NCBI GenBank assembly: GCA_018712405.1 | Contig: DVHB01000062.1 | Coordinates: 1,684-65,683 of the forward strand | From: Candidatus Coproplasma stercoripullorum | GTDB taxonomy: Bacteria; Bacillota; Clostridia; Christensenellales; Borkfalkiaceae | DNA length: 64,000 nucleotides | Reading direction: 5' to 3' | Part shown: positions 27,838-36,852 of the stretch, one piece after another | How the letters are laid out: each line of letters opens with the position of its first letter | How positions within the stretch are numbered: position 1 is the stretch's first letter | Notes under the pieces: generated by a model | Databases searched by the model: none | What the model was told of the DNA's origin: nothing | The model's input: only the letters and a program-made list of their open reading frames with translations | Program-made: the position numbers and the translations under genes

Positions 27838-27890
27838 GGAAAATGACGGGTCGGCGCGGCAGGAATCTGCCGCGCCGACCCGTCATTTTC
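27838..27890. terminator. Long bidirectional terminator hairpin (serves leuS on the minus strand)
   Basis: Perfect stem of about 21 bp, ATGACGGGTCGGCGCGGCAG / CTGCCGCGCCGACCCGTCAT, flanked by an A run on the left and a T run on the right. Confidence 0.8.
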
Positions 27891-27900
27891 AAACCGGATT

Positions 27901-30309
27901 TTAAACTATAATATTGATAAGGCGCTTGGGCACTATGATAAACTTCTTTATCTGCTTGCCGTCTATGAGGGGCGCTATGTCTGCATTTGCCTTTACGAGC
28001 GCTTCGATCTCGGAATTTGGCATGTCGACGGGAATATTGAGTTTGGTTTTGATTTTGCTGTTTACCTGAACGGCATATTCAAATGTATCTTCGCCGCATT
28101 TACTCTCGTCAAATTCAGGCCACTTTTCGTAAGTTATAGTATTTTCCTGTCCCAGAACTGTGTGCCATATTTCCTCGGTTATAAAGGGTATAACGGGGTT
28201 TATGAGCTTTATAAAGCCCTCGGCATATTCGCGGGGGAAGGGACGCCCCTCGCCGACTTCTTTATATACCGCGTTTATGAACACCATCATCTGTGAAATG
28301 GCGGTGTTGACCTTGAGAGCCATATAGTCCTCGCCGACCTTTTTTACTGTCTGGTTATAGATCTTTTCAAGATTTTTGTTTGACTCGCCGGAGATGGCGT
28401 TCAGTTCAAAATACAGCCTGTGTATCCTGTCGATAAATTTTTTGACGCCCTCGATGTTGGCTGTGTTCCAGGGCTTCGTGTCGGCGACGGGGCCCATGAA
28501 CATCTCATACATTCTCAAAACGTCTGCGCCGTAGTCGCGCACGATATCGTTGGGGTTTATCACGTTGCCAAGCGATTTCGACATCTTGTTGCCGTCTTCG
28601 CCGAGTATCATTCCTTGGTGGAAGAGCTTTTTGAACGGTTCTTTGCAGGGGACGTAGCCTTTGTCGTACAGGAAATTGTTCCAGAAGCGGGAATACAGAA
28701 GGTGGCCCACAAGGTGCTCCTTGCCGCCGCAGTAGAAGTCTACGGGCATCCAGTGCTTTAAAAGCTCGTAGTTGGCAAATTCCTTGTCGTTGTGGGGGTC
28801 ACAATAGCGGAGGAAATACCATGAAGAGCCTGCAGAGCCAGGCATGGTCGCCGTTTCGCGCTTGCCCTTTACTCCGTCTATCTCAACGTTTACCCATTCG
28901 GTGGCGTTGTCGAGGGGCGCCTTTCCGCCGCGCGCCCTGTAATCCTTCATAAGCGGAAGGGTGAGGGGGAGTTCCTCGTCTTTGAGCGCAACGTCTCTGC
29001 CGTCCTCAAGATGGACTATGGGCACGGGTTCGCCCCAGTAGCGCTGGCGCGCAAATATCCATTCGCGCAGCTTGTATGATACCGTCTTGTGTCCGCAGTT
29101 GTGCTCAACCAGCCATTCGGCCATCTTGTCTATCGCGTCCTGCTTGTTCAGACCGTTCAAAAAGGCGGAATTTATGTGCAGGCCGTCGCCCGTGAACGCC
29201 TCCTTGGAGATATCGCCGCCTTCAAGCACCTGAATGATGGGAATGTTGAACTTTTTGGCAAATTCATAGTCGCGCGTGTCGTGCGCGGGTACGGCCATAA
29301 TGGCGCCCGTACCGTAAGAAGTGAGCACATAGTCGCTTATCCAGACGGGGACCTTCGCTCCGTTGACGGGATTTATCGCATAAGCGCCAGTGAATGCGCC
29401 GGTCTTTTCCTTGTTGAGCTCCGTTCTTTCAAGTTCAGATTTGTGCGCGCATGCCTTTTTATAGGACTCTATCTCATCACGTCTGTCTGGCGTGGTAATC
29501 TTGTCCACAAGTATATGTTCGGGTGCGAGTACGCAGTAGGTTGCGCCGAAGAGCGTGTCGCATCGTGTGGTGAACACAGTGAATTTCTCATTGGTGCCGT
29601 CCACGGCAAAGTCGACGTTCGCTCCCACCGATTTGCCTATCCAGTTGCGCTGGGCAGTTTTTGAGGCCTCTGGCCAGTCTATCTCGTCCAGACCGTCCAA
29701 AAGCCTTTCTGCATATTTGTTTATGTCGATGACCCATTGCTTCATGTTTTTGCGCACTACCGGGTAGCCGCCGCGCTCGCTCTTGCCGTCGATTATCTCG
29801 TCGTTGGCAAGCACTGTACCCAGCTCTTCGCACCAGTTGACGGGGGTGTCGATATACCGCGCGAGTCCTGCCTCATAGAGCTGTTTGAATATCCATTGCG
29901 TCCATTTGTAGTAGGCGGGATCGCATGTGGAAACTGTCTGGGTATAGTCGTACGAAAGGCCGAGCATCTTCAGTTGCGAGGTAAACGTTTCAATGTTCTT
30001 CTGAGTGAAATCGGCGGGGTTGTTGCCCGTCTTTATGGCGTACTGCTCCGCGGGCAGGCCGAAGGAATCGAACCCGATGGGGTGAAGTACGTTATATCCC
30101 TGCATTCTCTTCATGCGGGCGATGATGTCTGTGGCGGTGTAGCCCTCGGGGTGGCCGACGTGCAGGCCCGCGCCCGAAGGGTAGGGAAACATATCCAGCA
30201 CATAGTATTTGGGCTTGGAAAAGTCGTGCAGATCGGTATGGAACGTGCCGTTCTTATCCCAATAATCTATCCATTTTTTTTCAACTTCGTTAAAATTTGT
30301 ATAAGCCAT
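27901..30309 (-). CDS. leuS: Leucine--tRNA ligase
   Basis: 802 aa with [12 protein letters not shown] (HIGH) and KMSKS motifs and a CP1 editing domain. It is the only minus-strand gene in the window. Confidence 0.95.
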   Translation of the reverse strand: MAYTNFNEVEKKWIDYWDKNGTFHTDLHDFSKPKYYVLDMFPYPSGAGLHVGHPEGYTATDIIARMKRMQGYNVLHPIGFDSFGLPAEQYAIKTGNNPADFTQKNIETFTSQLKMLGLSYDYTQTVSTCDPAYYKWTQWIFKQLYEAGLARYIDTPVNWCEELGTVLANDEIIDGKSERGGYPVVRKNMKQWVIDINKYAERLLDGLDEIDWPEASKTAQRNWIGKSVGANVDFAVDGTNEKFTVFTTRCDTLFGATYCVLAPEHILVDKITTPDRRDEIESYKKACAHKSELERTELNKEKTGAFTGAYAINPVNGAKVPVWISDYVLTSYGTGAIMAVPAHDTRDYEFAKKFNIPIIQVLEGGDISKEAFTGDGLHINSAFLNGLNKQDAIDKMAEWLVEHNCGHKTVSYKLREWIFARQRYWGEPVPIVHLEDGRDVALKDEELPLTLPLMKDYRARGGKAPLDNATEWVNVEIDGVKGKRETATMPGSAGSSWYFLRYCDPHNDKEFANYELLKHWMPVDFYCGGKEHLVGHLLYSRFWNNFLYDKGYVPCKEPFKKLFHQGMILGEDGNKMSKSLGNVINPNDIVRDYGADVLRMYEMFMGPVADTKPWNTANIEGVKKFIDRIHRLYFELNAISGESNKNLEKIYNQTVKKVGEDYMALKVNTAISQMMVFINAVYKEVGEGRPFPREYAEGFIKLINPVIPFITEEIWHTVLGQENTITYEKWPEFDESKCGEDTFEYAVQVNSKIKTKLNIPVDMPNSEIEALVKANADIAPLIDGKQIKKFIIVPKRLINIIV

Positions 30310-30339
30310 AACTTTGTCCCTTATGATTTACTGTGTATC

Positions 30340-30368
30340 ATTATACATAATCGGGCCGTTTTTAGCAA
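30340..30368 (-). promoter_or_regulatory. Sigma-A type promoter of leuS
   Basis: On the minus strand: TTGCTA (30368-30363), 17-nt spacer, TATAAT (30345-30340). The leader is only about 30 nt long. Confidence 0.5.
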
Positions 30369-30400
30369 ATATTTTCATGCCTCGTAGTGCATTAAAGTTG

Positions 30401-30429
30401 TTGACAAACTCTTCAAAAAATAATATCAT
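30401..30429 (+). promoter_or_regulatory. Sigma-A type promoter of the thrS T-box leader
   Basis: TTGACA (30401-30406), 17-nt spacer, TATCAT (30424-30429). Confidence 0.55.
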
Positions 30430-30439
30430 AGATATACCG

Positions 30440-30650
30440 AACTGGAAGACAAGTATCGTCCGTGCGCCTTACAGAGAGCGGAGCCTTTGGCTGCAAGTTC
30501 CGCAGGCGGACAGGGTAGCGGGAAACCACTTCGCATACGTTCGGCGACAACTTATAAGCGGTCATTATGACAATTAAGGTGGAACCGCGCAAATGCGAAC
30601 TTTGCGTCCTTAAACTCAGCCGTATTCGGCTTGTTTAAGGACGTTTTTAT
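30440..30650 (+). promoter_or_regulatory. T-box riboswitch leader (Thr specifier ACC) controlling thrS
   Basis: AGAGAG element (30473-30478), specifier context GAA-ACC-A (ACC at 30525-30527), T-box sequence AATTAAGGTGGAACCGCGC (30572-30590), and terminator stem GTCCTTAAAC / GTTTAAGGAC (30606-30642) followed by a T run. Confidence 0.85.
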
Positions 30651-30684
30651 TTATTTACGATGAAAATTCAGGAGAGGTTATATC

Positions 30685-32592
30685 ATGAAGATTTTTCTCA
30701 GAAACGGGGATCAACTGGTACTTGACGGCGGCGCAAGGTGTTCCGACGCGGCTTCGGCAATTTCGGAAGGTCTGGCGAGAAATGCTGTTGCCGCAAAAGT
30801 CAACGGAAAACTTTGCGACCTTTCGCATGAGCTCAAAGAGGGTGATAAGCTTGAAATTGTCACTCTCAAGGATAAGGAGGGACTGGAGGTTTACCGCCAT
30901 ACCTGCGCGCACGTACTTGCCCAGGCAGTGAAAAATATCTTTCCTACCTGTAAACTTGCGATTGGACCCGTAATCGAAAACGGCTTTTACTACGACTTTG
31001 ATTTCAACACGCCTATAACGCAGGATGACTTTGAAAAGATTGAGGCCGAGATGCATAAAATAATCAAAGCCGATACTCCGATAGCTCGTTTCGAACTGCC
31101 GCGCAAAGAAGCAGTTGAGCTCATGTCAAAGTATAAGGAAAAATATAAGGTCGAGCTTATAAACGATCTGCCCGATGATTCGGTGATTTCATTCTATAAG
31201 CAGGGGGCGTTCACCGACCTGTGCCGCGGACCCCATCTTCCCTCGACGGGCAAGATCAAAGCTTTCAAGCTCACGTCGATTGCCGGCGCTTACTGGCGCG
31301 GCAACGAGAAGAATAAGATGCTTACAAGGATCTACGGTGTTGCATTCGCCAAAAAGGACGATATGCAAGCCTATTTCGACATGCTCGAAGAGGCTAAAAA
31401 GCGCGACCACATAAAGCTCGGCAAGGAGCTCAAGTTGTTCGCCCTTTTAAACGAGGGTAAGGGCTTTCCGTTCTTCCTTCCCAACGGCATGGTGCTCAAA
31501 AACACGCTCACTAACTACTGGCGCGAGCTGCACAGAAAGGAAGGATATGTCGAGATTCAGACTCCCATAATTTTGACGCGCTCTCTTTGGGAGACTTCAG
31601 GCCACTGGGATCACTACAAAGAGAATATGTATACCACAAAGATAGACGGCGAGGACTGCGCTATAAAGCCCATGAACTGCCCCGGCGGCATGCTTGTTTA
31701 TAAGCTTCAGCCCCACAGTTATAAGGATCTGCCCATAAGGATGGGCGAAATGGGTCTTGTCCATCGCCATGAAAAGAGCGGTCAGCTGCACGGACTCTTC
31801 CGCGTGCGCTGCTTCACCCAGGACGACGCACACATTTTCATGTTGCCCGAACAGATAACCGACGAAATCAAGGGTGTTGTGAGGCTCACTGACCAAATAT
31901 ACAAGCAGTTCGGTTTTAAGTATAAGGTGGAGCTCTCTACCCGCCCCGAAAACAGTATGGGCACAGAGGCAGAGTGGAACATGGCCACCGACGCGCTCAA
32001 AAAGGCTCTTGACGAGCTCGGTTTCGAATATGAAATAAACGAGGGCGACGGCGCATTCTACGGCCCTAAGATCGACTTCCACCTGCAGGACAGCATAGGC
32101 AGGACCTGGCAGTGCGGCACCATTCAGCTCGACTTCCAGATGCCCCAGCGCTTCGAGCTTGAATATGTGGGCGAGGACGGCGAAAAGCACCGCCCCATTA
32201 TGATACACCGCGCGATCTTCGGCTCTATAGAGAGGTTCATCGGCATACTCATTGAGCACTTTGCGGGCAAATTCCCCGTATGGCTCGCCCCCGTCCAGGT
32301 TAAGGTGCTTCCCATAACTGACAGGACGAAGGACTACGCGGACTCTGTCTGCGAAAAGCTGCGCGCCAGCGGCCTGCGCGTTGAGATGGACGGCAGAAAC
32401 GAGAAGATAGGCTACAAAATAAGGGAGGCCAAGCTCGAAAAGGTTCCCTATGTCATCGTAGTCGGCGACGCCGAGGAGCGCGACGGCACCGTCAACGTGA
32501 ACAAGCGCGGCGTCGAGGAAAAGACTACCATGGGTGCCGACGAGTTTGTCGAGATGGTTGCAAAGCAGGACAGGGATAGGGTCATCTTTTAA
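30685..32592 (+). CDS. thrS: Threonine--tRNA ligase
   Basis: 635 aa with a TGS N-terminal domain, second additional domain (HTCAHVLAQA), class II core (FRVRCFTQDDAHIF) and an anticodon-binding C-terminus. Confidence 0.95.
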   Translation: MKIFLRNGDQLVLDGGARCSDAASAISEGLARNAVAAKVNGKLCDLSHELKEGDKLEIVTLKDKEGLEVYRHTCAHVLAQAVKNIFPTCKLAIGPVIENGFYYDFDFNTPITQDDFEKIEAEMHKIIKADTPIARFELPRKEAVELMSKYKEKYKVELINDLPDDSVISFYKQGAFTDLCRGPHLPSTGKIKAFKLTSIAGAYWRGNEKNKMLTRIYGVAFAKKDDMQAYFDMLEEAKKRDHIKLGKELKLFALLNEGKGFPFFLPNGMVLKNTLTNYWRELHRKEGYVEIQTPIILTRSLWETSGHWDHYKENMYTTKIDGEDCAIKPMNCPGGMLVYKLQPHSYKDLPIRMGEMGLVHRHEKSGQLHGLFRVRCFTQDDAHIFMLPEQITDEIKGVVRLTDQIYKQFGFKYKVELSTRPENSMGTEAEWNMATDALKKALDELGFEYEINEGDGAFYGPKIDFHLQDSIGRTWQCGTIQLDFQMPQRFELEYVGEDGEKHRPIMIHRAIFGSIERFIGILIEHFAGKFPVWLAPVQVKVLPITDRTKDYADSVCEKLRASGLRVEMDGRNEKIGYKIREAKLEKVPYVIVVGDAEERDGTVNVNKRGVEEKTTMGADEFVEMVAKQDRDRVIF

Positions 32593-32684
32593 AACATTTG
32601 TCCCGCGCGCGTTGTGCCGGTATACAAAAGTTGCGCCGGCATGCAAAATTTATAAAAAATGTCGGATAAACAAGATAAAATCGT

Positions 32685-32713
32685 TTGACATTTTGCGCGG
32701 CTTATTGTATTAT
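32685..32713 (+). promoter_or_regulatory. Sigma-A type promoter of the infC-rpmI-rplT operon
   Basis: TTGACA (32685-32690), 17-nt spacer, TATTAT (32708-32713). Confidence 0.55.
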
Positions 32714-32719
32714 CAATAA

Positions 32720-32860
32720 GTAAGCAAAGGCAAAACCTTTCGCCGTACGGATAGTCTGTGTCGGCTCATAATGATTTCATCTTGTTCGCGCCTCTTTCTT
32801 TGCGCGCATATTCAGGTCATTATTGCGGTTTGCTTTTGCAAGCCGCTTATTTTTTGCGGC
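32720..32860 (+). promoter_or_regulatory. Leader with attenuator hairpin upstream of infC; candidate L20-responsive leader
   Basis: Untranslated leader of about 165 nt ending in the hairpin GCGGTTTGC / GCAAGCCGC (32825-32846) plus a T run, just before the infC RBS. This position matches the L20 leader described in Bacillus. Leader identity was not verified by a covariance model. Confidence 0.45.
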
Positions 32861-32884
32861 AAATAAAATGAGAGGTAAAAAGTT

Positions 32885-33397
32885 ATCAAAGATTCCTATT
32901 CTATCAACGAAGATATCCGCGACAGGGAAGTGAGAGTTATCGCGTCAGACGGACAGATGCTCGGAGTTATGAGCGCGGCGCAGGCGCAGAGGCTTGCCTA
33001 TGACCAGGAGCTCGACCTTGTAAAAATTTCCCCCACGGCCAACCCGCCCGTATGCAAGATAATGGACTATTCCAAGTTTAAGTACGAGCAGGCGAAAAAG
33101 GATAAGGAAAACCGCAAAAACCAGACCATTGTAGAGCTCAAAGAGATAAGGCTTTCCATGACAATAGACGTGGGCGATATCGCTGTCAAGACCAAGCAGT
33201 GCCTCAAATTTTTAGAGGCTGGCAATAAGGTCAAGGTGTCGATCCGCATGAAGGGCAGGGAAAATTCCCGCTCGTACCAGGGCGTAAAGGTCATGGAGAA
33301 CTTTTTCGAAGGTCTCGGCGGAAAGGCGGTAATGGATAAAAAGCCTACCACAGAGGGAAGAAATATCATAATGATGCTCTCTCCCGTAAAGGCTTGA
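32885..33397 (+). CDS. infC: Translation initiation factor IF-3, probably with a non-canonical start codon
   Basis: The listed ORF begins at GTG 32930 (MRVIASDGQ), but the conserved IF-3 N-terminus (IKDSYSINEDIRDREVRVI) is encoded in frame upstream. ATC 32885 lies 8 nt after GAGAGG. IF-3 genes classically use AUU/AUA-type starts. Confidence 0.75.
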   Translation: MKDSYSINEDIRDREVRVIASDGQMLGVMSAAQAQRLAYDQELDLVKISPTANPPVCKIMDYSKFKYEQAKKDKENRKNQTIVELKEIRLSMTIDVGDIAVKTKQCLKFLEAGNKVKVSIRMKGRENSRSYQGVKVMENFFEGLGGKAVMDKKPTTEGRNIIMMLSPVKA

Positions 33398-33441
33398 ACT
33401 GCTCATTTTAAATTTTAAAAATATCATCGGAGGTTATAAAT

Positions 33442-33642
33442 ATGCCTAAGCAGAAATCCCACAGCGGCACAAAAAAGCGTTTCTGGCTGACTTCAACCGG
33501 TAAGGTTAAGAGGGCGCACGGCGGTAAGAACCATAAGGCAGAAACCAAGAACAGAAAGAGAAAGAGAAATTTGCGTAAAAATACGTTAGTTTCCACCACG
33601 CAGGAATCAACCGTAAGGTCAATGATTCCCTACAAGGACTAA
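33442..33642 (+). CDS. rpmI: 50S ribosomal protein L35
   Basis: 66 aa, MPKQKSHSGTKKRF..., very basic. Confidence 0.92.
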   Translation: MPKQKSHSGTKKRFWLTSTGKVKRAHGGKNHKAETKNRKRKRNLRKNTLVSTTQESTVRSMIPYKD

Positions 33643-33658
33643 AGGAGGTTAAAACCGT

Positions 33659-34009
33659 ATGCGTATTAAGAGATCAGTAAACGCGCTTAAAAAGCGCAGA
33701 AAAATATTCCGCCTTTCCAAAGGTTATTTCGGAAACAAGTCAAAGTCTTACAGGATCGCCCGTGAAGCTGTGATGAAGTCTTTGAACTATGCGTTCAAGG
33801 GCAGAAAGCTCAGGAAGCGCGATATGCGCAGCCTCTGGATCGCCAGGATAAACGCTGCAGCAAGAATCAACGGCCTTTCGTATTCCAAATTTATGCACGG
33901 TCTTAAAGTTGCCGGCATCAACCTCAACAGAAAAGTTCTTGCAGACCTCGCCGTAAACGACGCGGCGGCATTCGCCGCACTTGCAGAAAAGGCTAAAGCT
34001 GCAGTTTAA
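33659..34009 (+). CDS. rplT: 50S ribosomal protein L20
   Basis: 116 aa, [16 protein letters not shown]...GYFGNKS... Confidence 0.92.
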   Translation: MRIKRSVNALKKRRKIFRLSKGYFGNKSKSYRIAREAVMKSLNYAFKGRKLRKRDMRSLWIARINAAARINGLSYSKFMHGLKVAGINLNRKVLADLAVNDAAAFAALAEKAKAAV

Positions 34010-34035
34010 GCGCATTTCTGCGCAAAGCATATCAA

Positions 34036-34066
34036 ATTAAGCCTTGAAACACAGGCTTAATTTTTT
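34036..34066 (+). terminator. Rho-independent terminator of the infC operon
   Basis: ATTAAGCCT / AGGCTTAAT stem followed by TTTTTT. Confidence 0.75.
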
Positions 34067-34074
34067 ACTTTTTT

Positions 34075-34824
34075 ATGATAATAGAATCAAGATCCAACCC
34101 GAAAGTTAAGGCGATGGCGGCGCTCAAAGAAAAGAAGTTCAGAAAGGAGCGCGGCGAATATCTCGTCGAGGGAGTAAAGATGGTTTCGGAGTGCATTGCC
34201 GCCGGTTGCGAAATAACGGCGCTGATGTGCACAAAAGATTATTTGCCGCAGTTCCCTTCCGCCACGGAGGTGGCGCGTGCCGTCTACGAATTTATCTCCG
34301 ACGAGAAGTCGCCGCAGGGCGTGATAGCGTCGGTGAAAATTCCCGGCTGCGCTTTGCACTCTCCGCGCGGCCGCAGCGTCCTACTGGACGGTCTGCAGGA
34401 CCCGGGGAATGTCGGTACTATAATAAGGACGGCTAATGCTGCGGGGTATGAGGATATATACCTTGTAAATTGCGCCGATCCGTTCTCTCCGAAGGCCGTG
34501 CGCGCGAGCATGAGCGGGATATTCTTTACCGACATAATGCTGTGCGGCAGTTTTTCGGAGGTGCTTCCGTATTTTAACGGCGTTCCTTTCGTTTGCGCCG
34601 ATATGCACGGCGCCGATGTGTTTTCGTTCAAAGTACCCGAAAAGTTCTGCCTTTGCATAGGCAGCGAAGGATCGGGGCTGAGCATAGAAGTTAGGGCGGC
34701 CGCGACGCATACGGTGAAGATACCTATGCGCGATACATGCGAAAGTTTGAATGCCGCAGTTTCGGCCGGGATCTTGATGTATCTTTTGAATGGTGCGGCA
34801 GATAATTCCGCGCGCAAAATATAA
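34075..34824 (+). CDS. TrmH/SpoU family RNA 2'-O-methyltransferase
   Basis: LLDGLQDPGNVGTIIRTANAAG, IGSEGSGL and ESLNAAVSAGILMY SpoU motifs. Confidence 0.85.
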   Translation: MIIESRSNPKVKAMAALKEKKFRKERGEYLVEGVKMVSECIAAGCEITALMCTKDYLPQFPSATEVARAVYEFISDEKSPQGVIASVKIPGCALHSPRGRSVLLDGLQDPGNVGTIIRTANAAGYEDIYLVNCADPFSPKAVRASMSGIFFTDIMLCGSFSEVLPYFNGVPFVCADMHGADVFSFKVPEKFCLCIGSEGSGLSIEVRAAATHTVKIPMRDTCESLNAAVSAGILMYLLNGAADNSARKI

Positions 34825-34836
34825 GGAGGTATTTAA

Positions 34837-35574
34837 ATGTCAGGTCATTCCAAATGGCATAATATACAGGCAAAAAAAGGCAAGACCGACGCGGCCCGCG
34901 GAGCGGCGTTCACAAAGCTCGGCAGGGAAATTGCCGTTGCGGCCAAAGGTAATCCTAATCCCGAAACCAACAGCAAACTCGCCGACGCCATAGCGAAAGC
35001 TAAGGCGGCAAATATGCCAAACGATACTATTAAACGTTCGATCGCGCGTGCGGCAGGCGAGCTCGGCGATAAGGAATATAAGGAGCTCACATACGAAGGA
35101 TACGGCGTGGGCGGTTCGGCAGTTATTATCAATACCCTTACCGACAATGTAAACAGGACAGCCGGCGACGTGCGCTCTACTATGTCAAAGTGCGGCGGTC
35201 AGATGGGTAATACGGGCTGCGTTTCTTATATGTTCGACAAGAAAGGATATCTTGCCGTGGAACGCACTCCCGCGCTCGACGAGGATACTATGATGGAGTA
35301 TTGCCTTGAGGCCGGGGCCGACGACTATGTTGCCCAAGACGACGCATATGAGGTGTACTGCGCACCCGAAAGCTTCTCGGCGGTGCGCACCTATCTCGAG
35401 GGTAAGGGCGTTAATTTCTTCGAGGCGGCAGTCAAAATGATACCGCAGAACTTTATCACGCTCGACGCCGACAAACTCGAAACGTTCAAGAAGATGCTTG
35501 ACAGGCTTGACGAGCTCGACGACGTTCAGGACGTATATCACAATGTGGAGCTTCCCGACGATGACGAGGAATAA
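34837..35574 (+). CDS. YebC/PmpR family DNA-binding transcriptional regulator
   Basis: MSGHSKWHNIQAKKGKTDAARG... family signature. Confidence 0.9.
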   Translation: MSGHSKWHNIQAKKGKTDAARGAAFTKLGREIAVAAKGNPNPETNSKLADAIAKAKAANMPNDTIKRSIARAAGELGDKEYKELTYEGYGVGGSAVIINTLTDNVNRTAGDVRSTMSKCGGQMGNTGCVSYMFDKKGYLAVERTPALDEDTMMEYCLEAGADDYVAQDDAYEVYCAPESFSAVRTYLEGKGVNFFEAAVKMIPQNFITLDADKLETFKKMLDRLDELDDVQDVYHNVELPDDDEE

Positions 35575-35590
35575 AACATGTATTCCGGTA

Positions 35591-35624
35591 AAAATGCCGC
35601 GCATGAATTGCGCGGCATTTTTTA
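35591..35624 (+). terminator. Rho-independent terminator
   Basis: AAAATGCCGCGC / GCGCGGCATTTT perfect stem with a T run. Confidence 0.8.
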
Positions 35625-35838
35625 TAAATTTTCCTGAATTGCACGTATAAAGCGCATACCGTTGCAAAAAATATTAGTACAAGCGGCGACGCTTTAATAA
35701 TATAGTCTGTTTTTAAAGCGATTCCGCTTTAATGCAAATATTAAATTTATGCAAAATTATTTGACAGCAAGATTGTTAGCTTTTGCAGAAATACTTTGCG
35801 TTGGAAAAAAAATAGGCGGTCGTTTTAGATCAGGCGAG

Positions 35839-35867
35839 GGGAAGAGTTTTCTTTGAAAACTCTTCCC
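35839..35867. other. Perfect 12-bp stem hairpin in the 5' region of the 35906 gene
   Basis: GGGAAGAGTTTT-ctttg-AAAACTCTTCCC. It is followed by the tandem 10-bp direct repeat GCGGCATAGG GCGGCATAGA (35879-35898). Confidence 0.6.
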
Positions 35868-35905
35868 TATGTATTTTAGCGGCATAGGGCGGCATAGAAT
35901 ATACT

Positions 35906-36811
35906 ATGCGCAAAATAGTAATGTTCGTGTGCGCTTGTCTGTGCATATGCGCACTTGTCGGCGGCGGAGTTGCTGCGTTTGTTTCGGGCGGGCAGACGGA
36001 GGAAGAGGAGCGGCTCGAGGTGCTCACACTCTGGCAGATAGACAGCTTTGAGGGAGGTATGGGCTCGCGCGCCGACTATTTAAGGCGGCTCGCCGACGAA
36101 TTTTCCGATGAGTATTCCGCCTATATAGAGATAACGTCGCTTACCTCTGCCGCCGCGCGGCAAAATATCGAAAACGGCGTAATTCCGGATATGATATCAT
36201 ACGGCGCGGGCTTTTACGGGATAGAAAGTATTGTTAAAAGTATACCGAGGGCATGGTGCAACGGAGCTTACTGCCTTATATCCCTGTCGGATTCAGATTT
36301 TTCGCAGGCAACGGCCGAAAACACGGTGATCAACGTCGGAAAAGATAACCTTGCGGCTGTGGCTGCGTTGCTGCTCGGACTCAACGGTGCGGAGTGCGCA
36401 GTACCCACAAGCGCTTATGTTCAGCTGATAGACGGTGAGTATAAATTTTTGCTCGGAACACAGCGTGATATTCAGCGGATCAAGACGCGCGGACTGAATT
36501 TTTATGTGCAGGCCGTTGAGCAATTTAATGACCTGTATCAGTATATCGCCGTGCTGAGCGGCGAGCATGACAAGGCGGAACTTGCGGAAAAATTTATAGA
36601 TCATCTGTTATCGCAGAGCGGGCGTCTTACCGGTATAGCAATGCTGCATGATGAGCAGAATTTATATGACGACGAGATGCACGCGCTTGAAACGGCGCGG
36701 TTTGAATATGGTTTGCCCGCCGTTGTGAGTTATGAGGCGATGAATAAGATTCGGTCCGCTGCACAGAGCGGAGATATAAATATCCTGAAAAGTTTACTTA
36801 AACCATTGTAA
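35906..36811 (+). CDS. Uncharacterized secreted or membrane-anchored protein (possibly a solute-binding-protein-like fold)
   Basis: 301 aa with an N-terminal hydrophobic signal/anchor (IVMFVCACLCICALVGGGVAAFV). I recognise no catalytic motif. No SD is evident upstream. Confidence 0.5.
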   Translation: MRKIVMFVCACLCICALVGGGVAAFVSGGQTEEEERLEVLTLWQIDSFEGGMGSRADYLRRLADEFSDEYSAYIEITSLTSAAARQNIENGVIPDMISYGAGFYGIESIVKSIPRAWCNGAYCLISLSDSDFSQATAENTVINVGKDNLAAVAALLLGLNGAECAVPTSAYVQLIDGEYKFLLGTQRDIQRIKTRGLNFYVQAVEQFNDLYQYIAVLSGEHDKAELAEKFIDHLLSQSGRLTGIAMLHDEQNLYDDEMHALETARFEYGLPAVVSYEAMNKIRSAAQSGDINILKSLLKPL

Positions 36812-36852
36812 AATCGCAAAAAAAATGTTATTATATAGAGGAGTGGATAAGT

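Noticed and set aside
30310-30440. Possible T-box for leuS on the minus strand
   Set aside because: All T-box hallmarks (AGAGAG, specifier ACC, GGTGGAACCGCG, terminator) read on the + strand and belong to thrS. The remaining leuS leader is too short.
31597-32646. 349-aa ORF on the minus strand
   Set aside because: It is entirely antisense to the well-supported thrS CDS. Its composition is low-complexity (rich in Val/Ala/Leu/His), it has no RBS and no recognisable motif. It is a typical shadow ORF of a GC-moderate coding region.
35761-35790. TTGACA at 35761 as the promoter of a small RNA ending at the 35839-35867 hairpin
   Set aside because: No acceptable -10 hexamer lies 16-19 nt downstream (TGCAGA / GCAGAA), so the call is not supportable from sequence alone.
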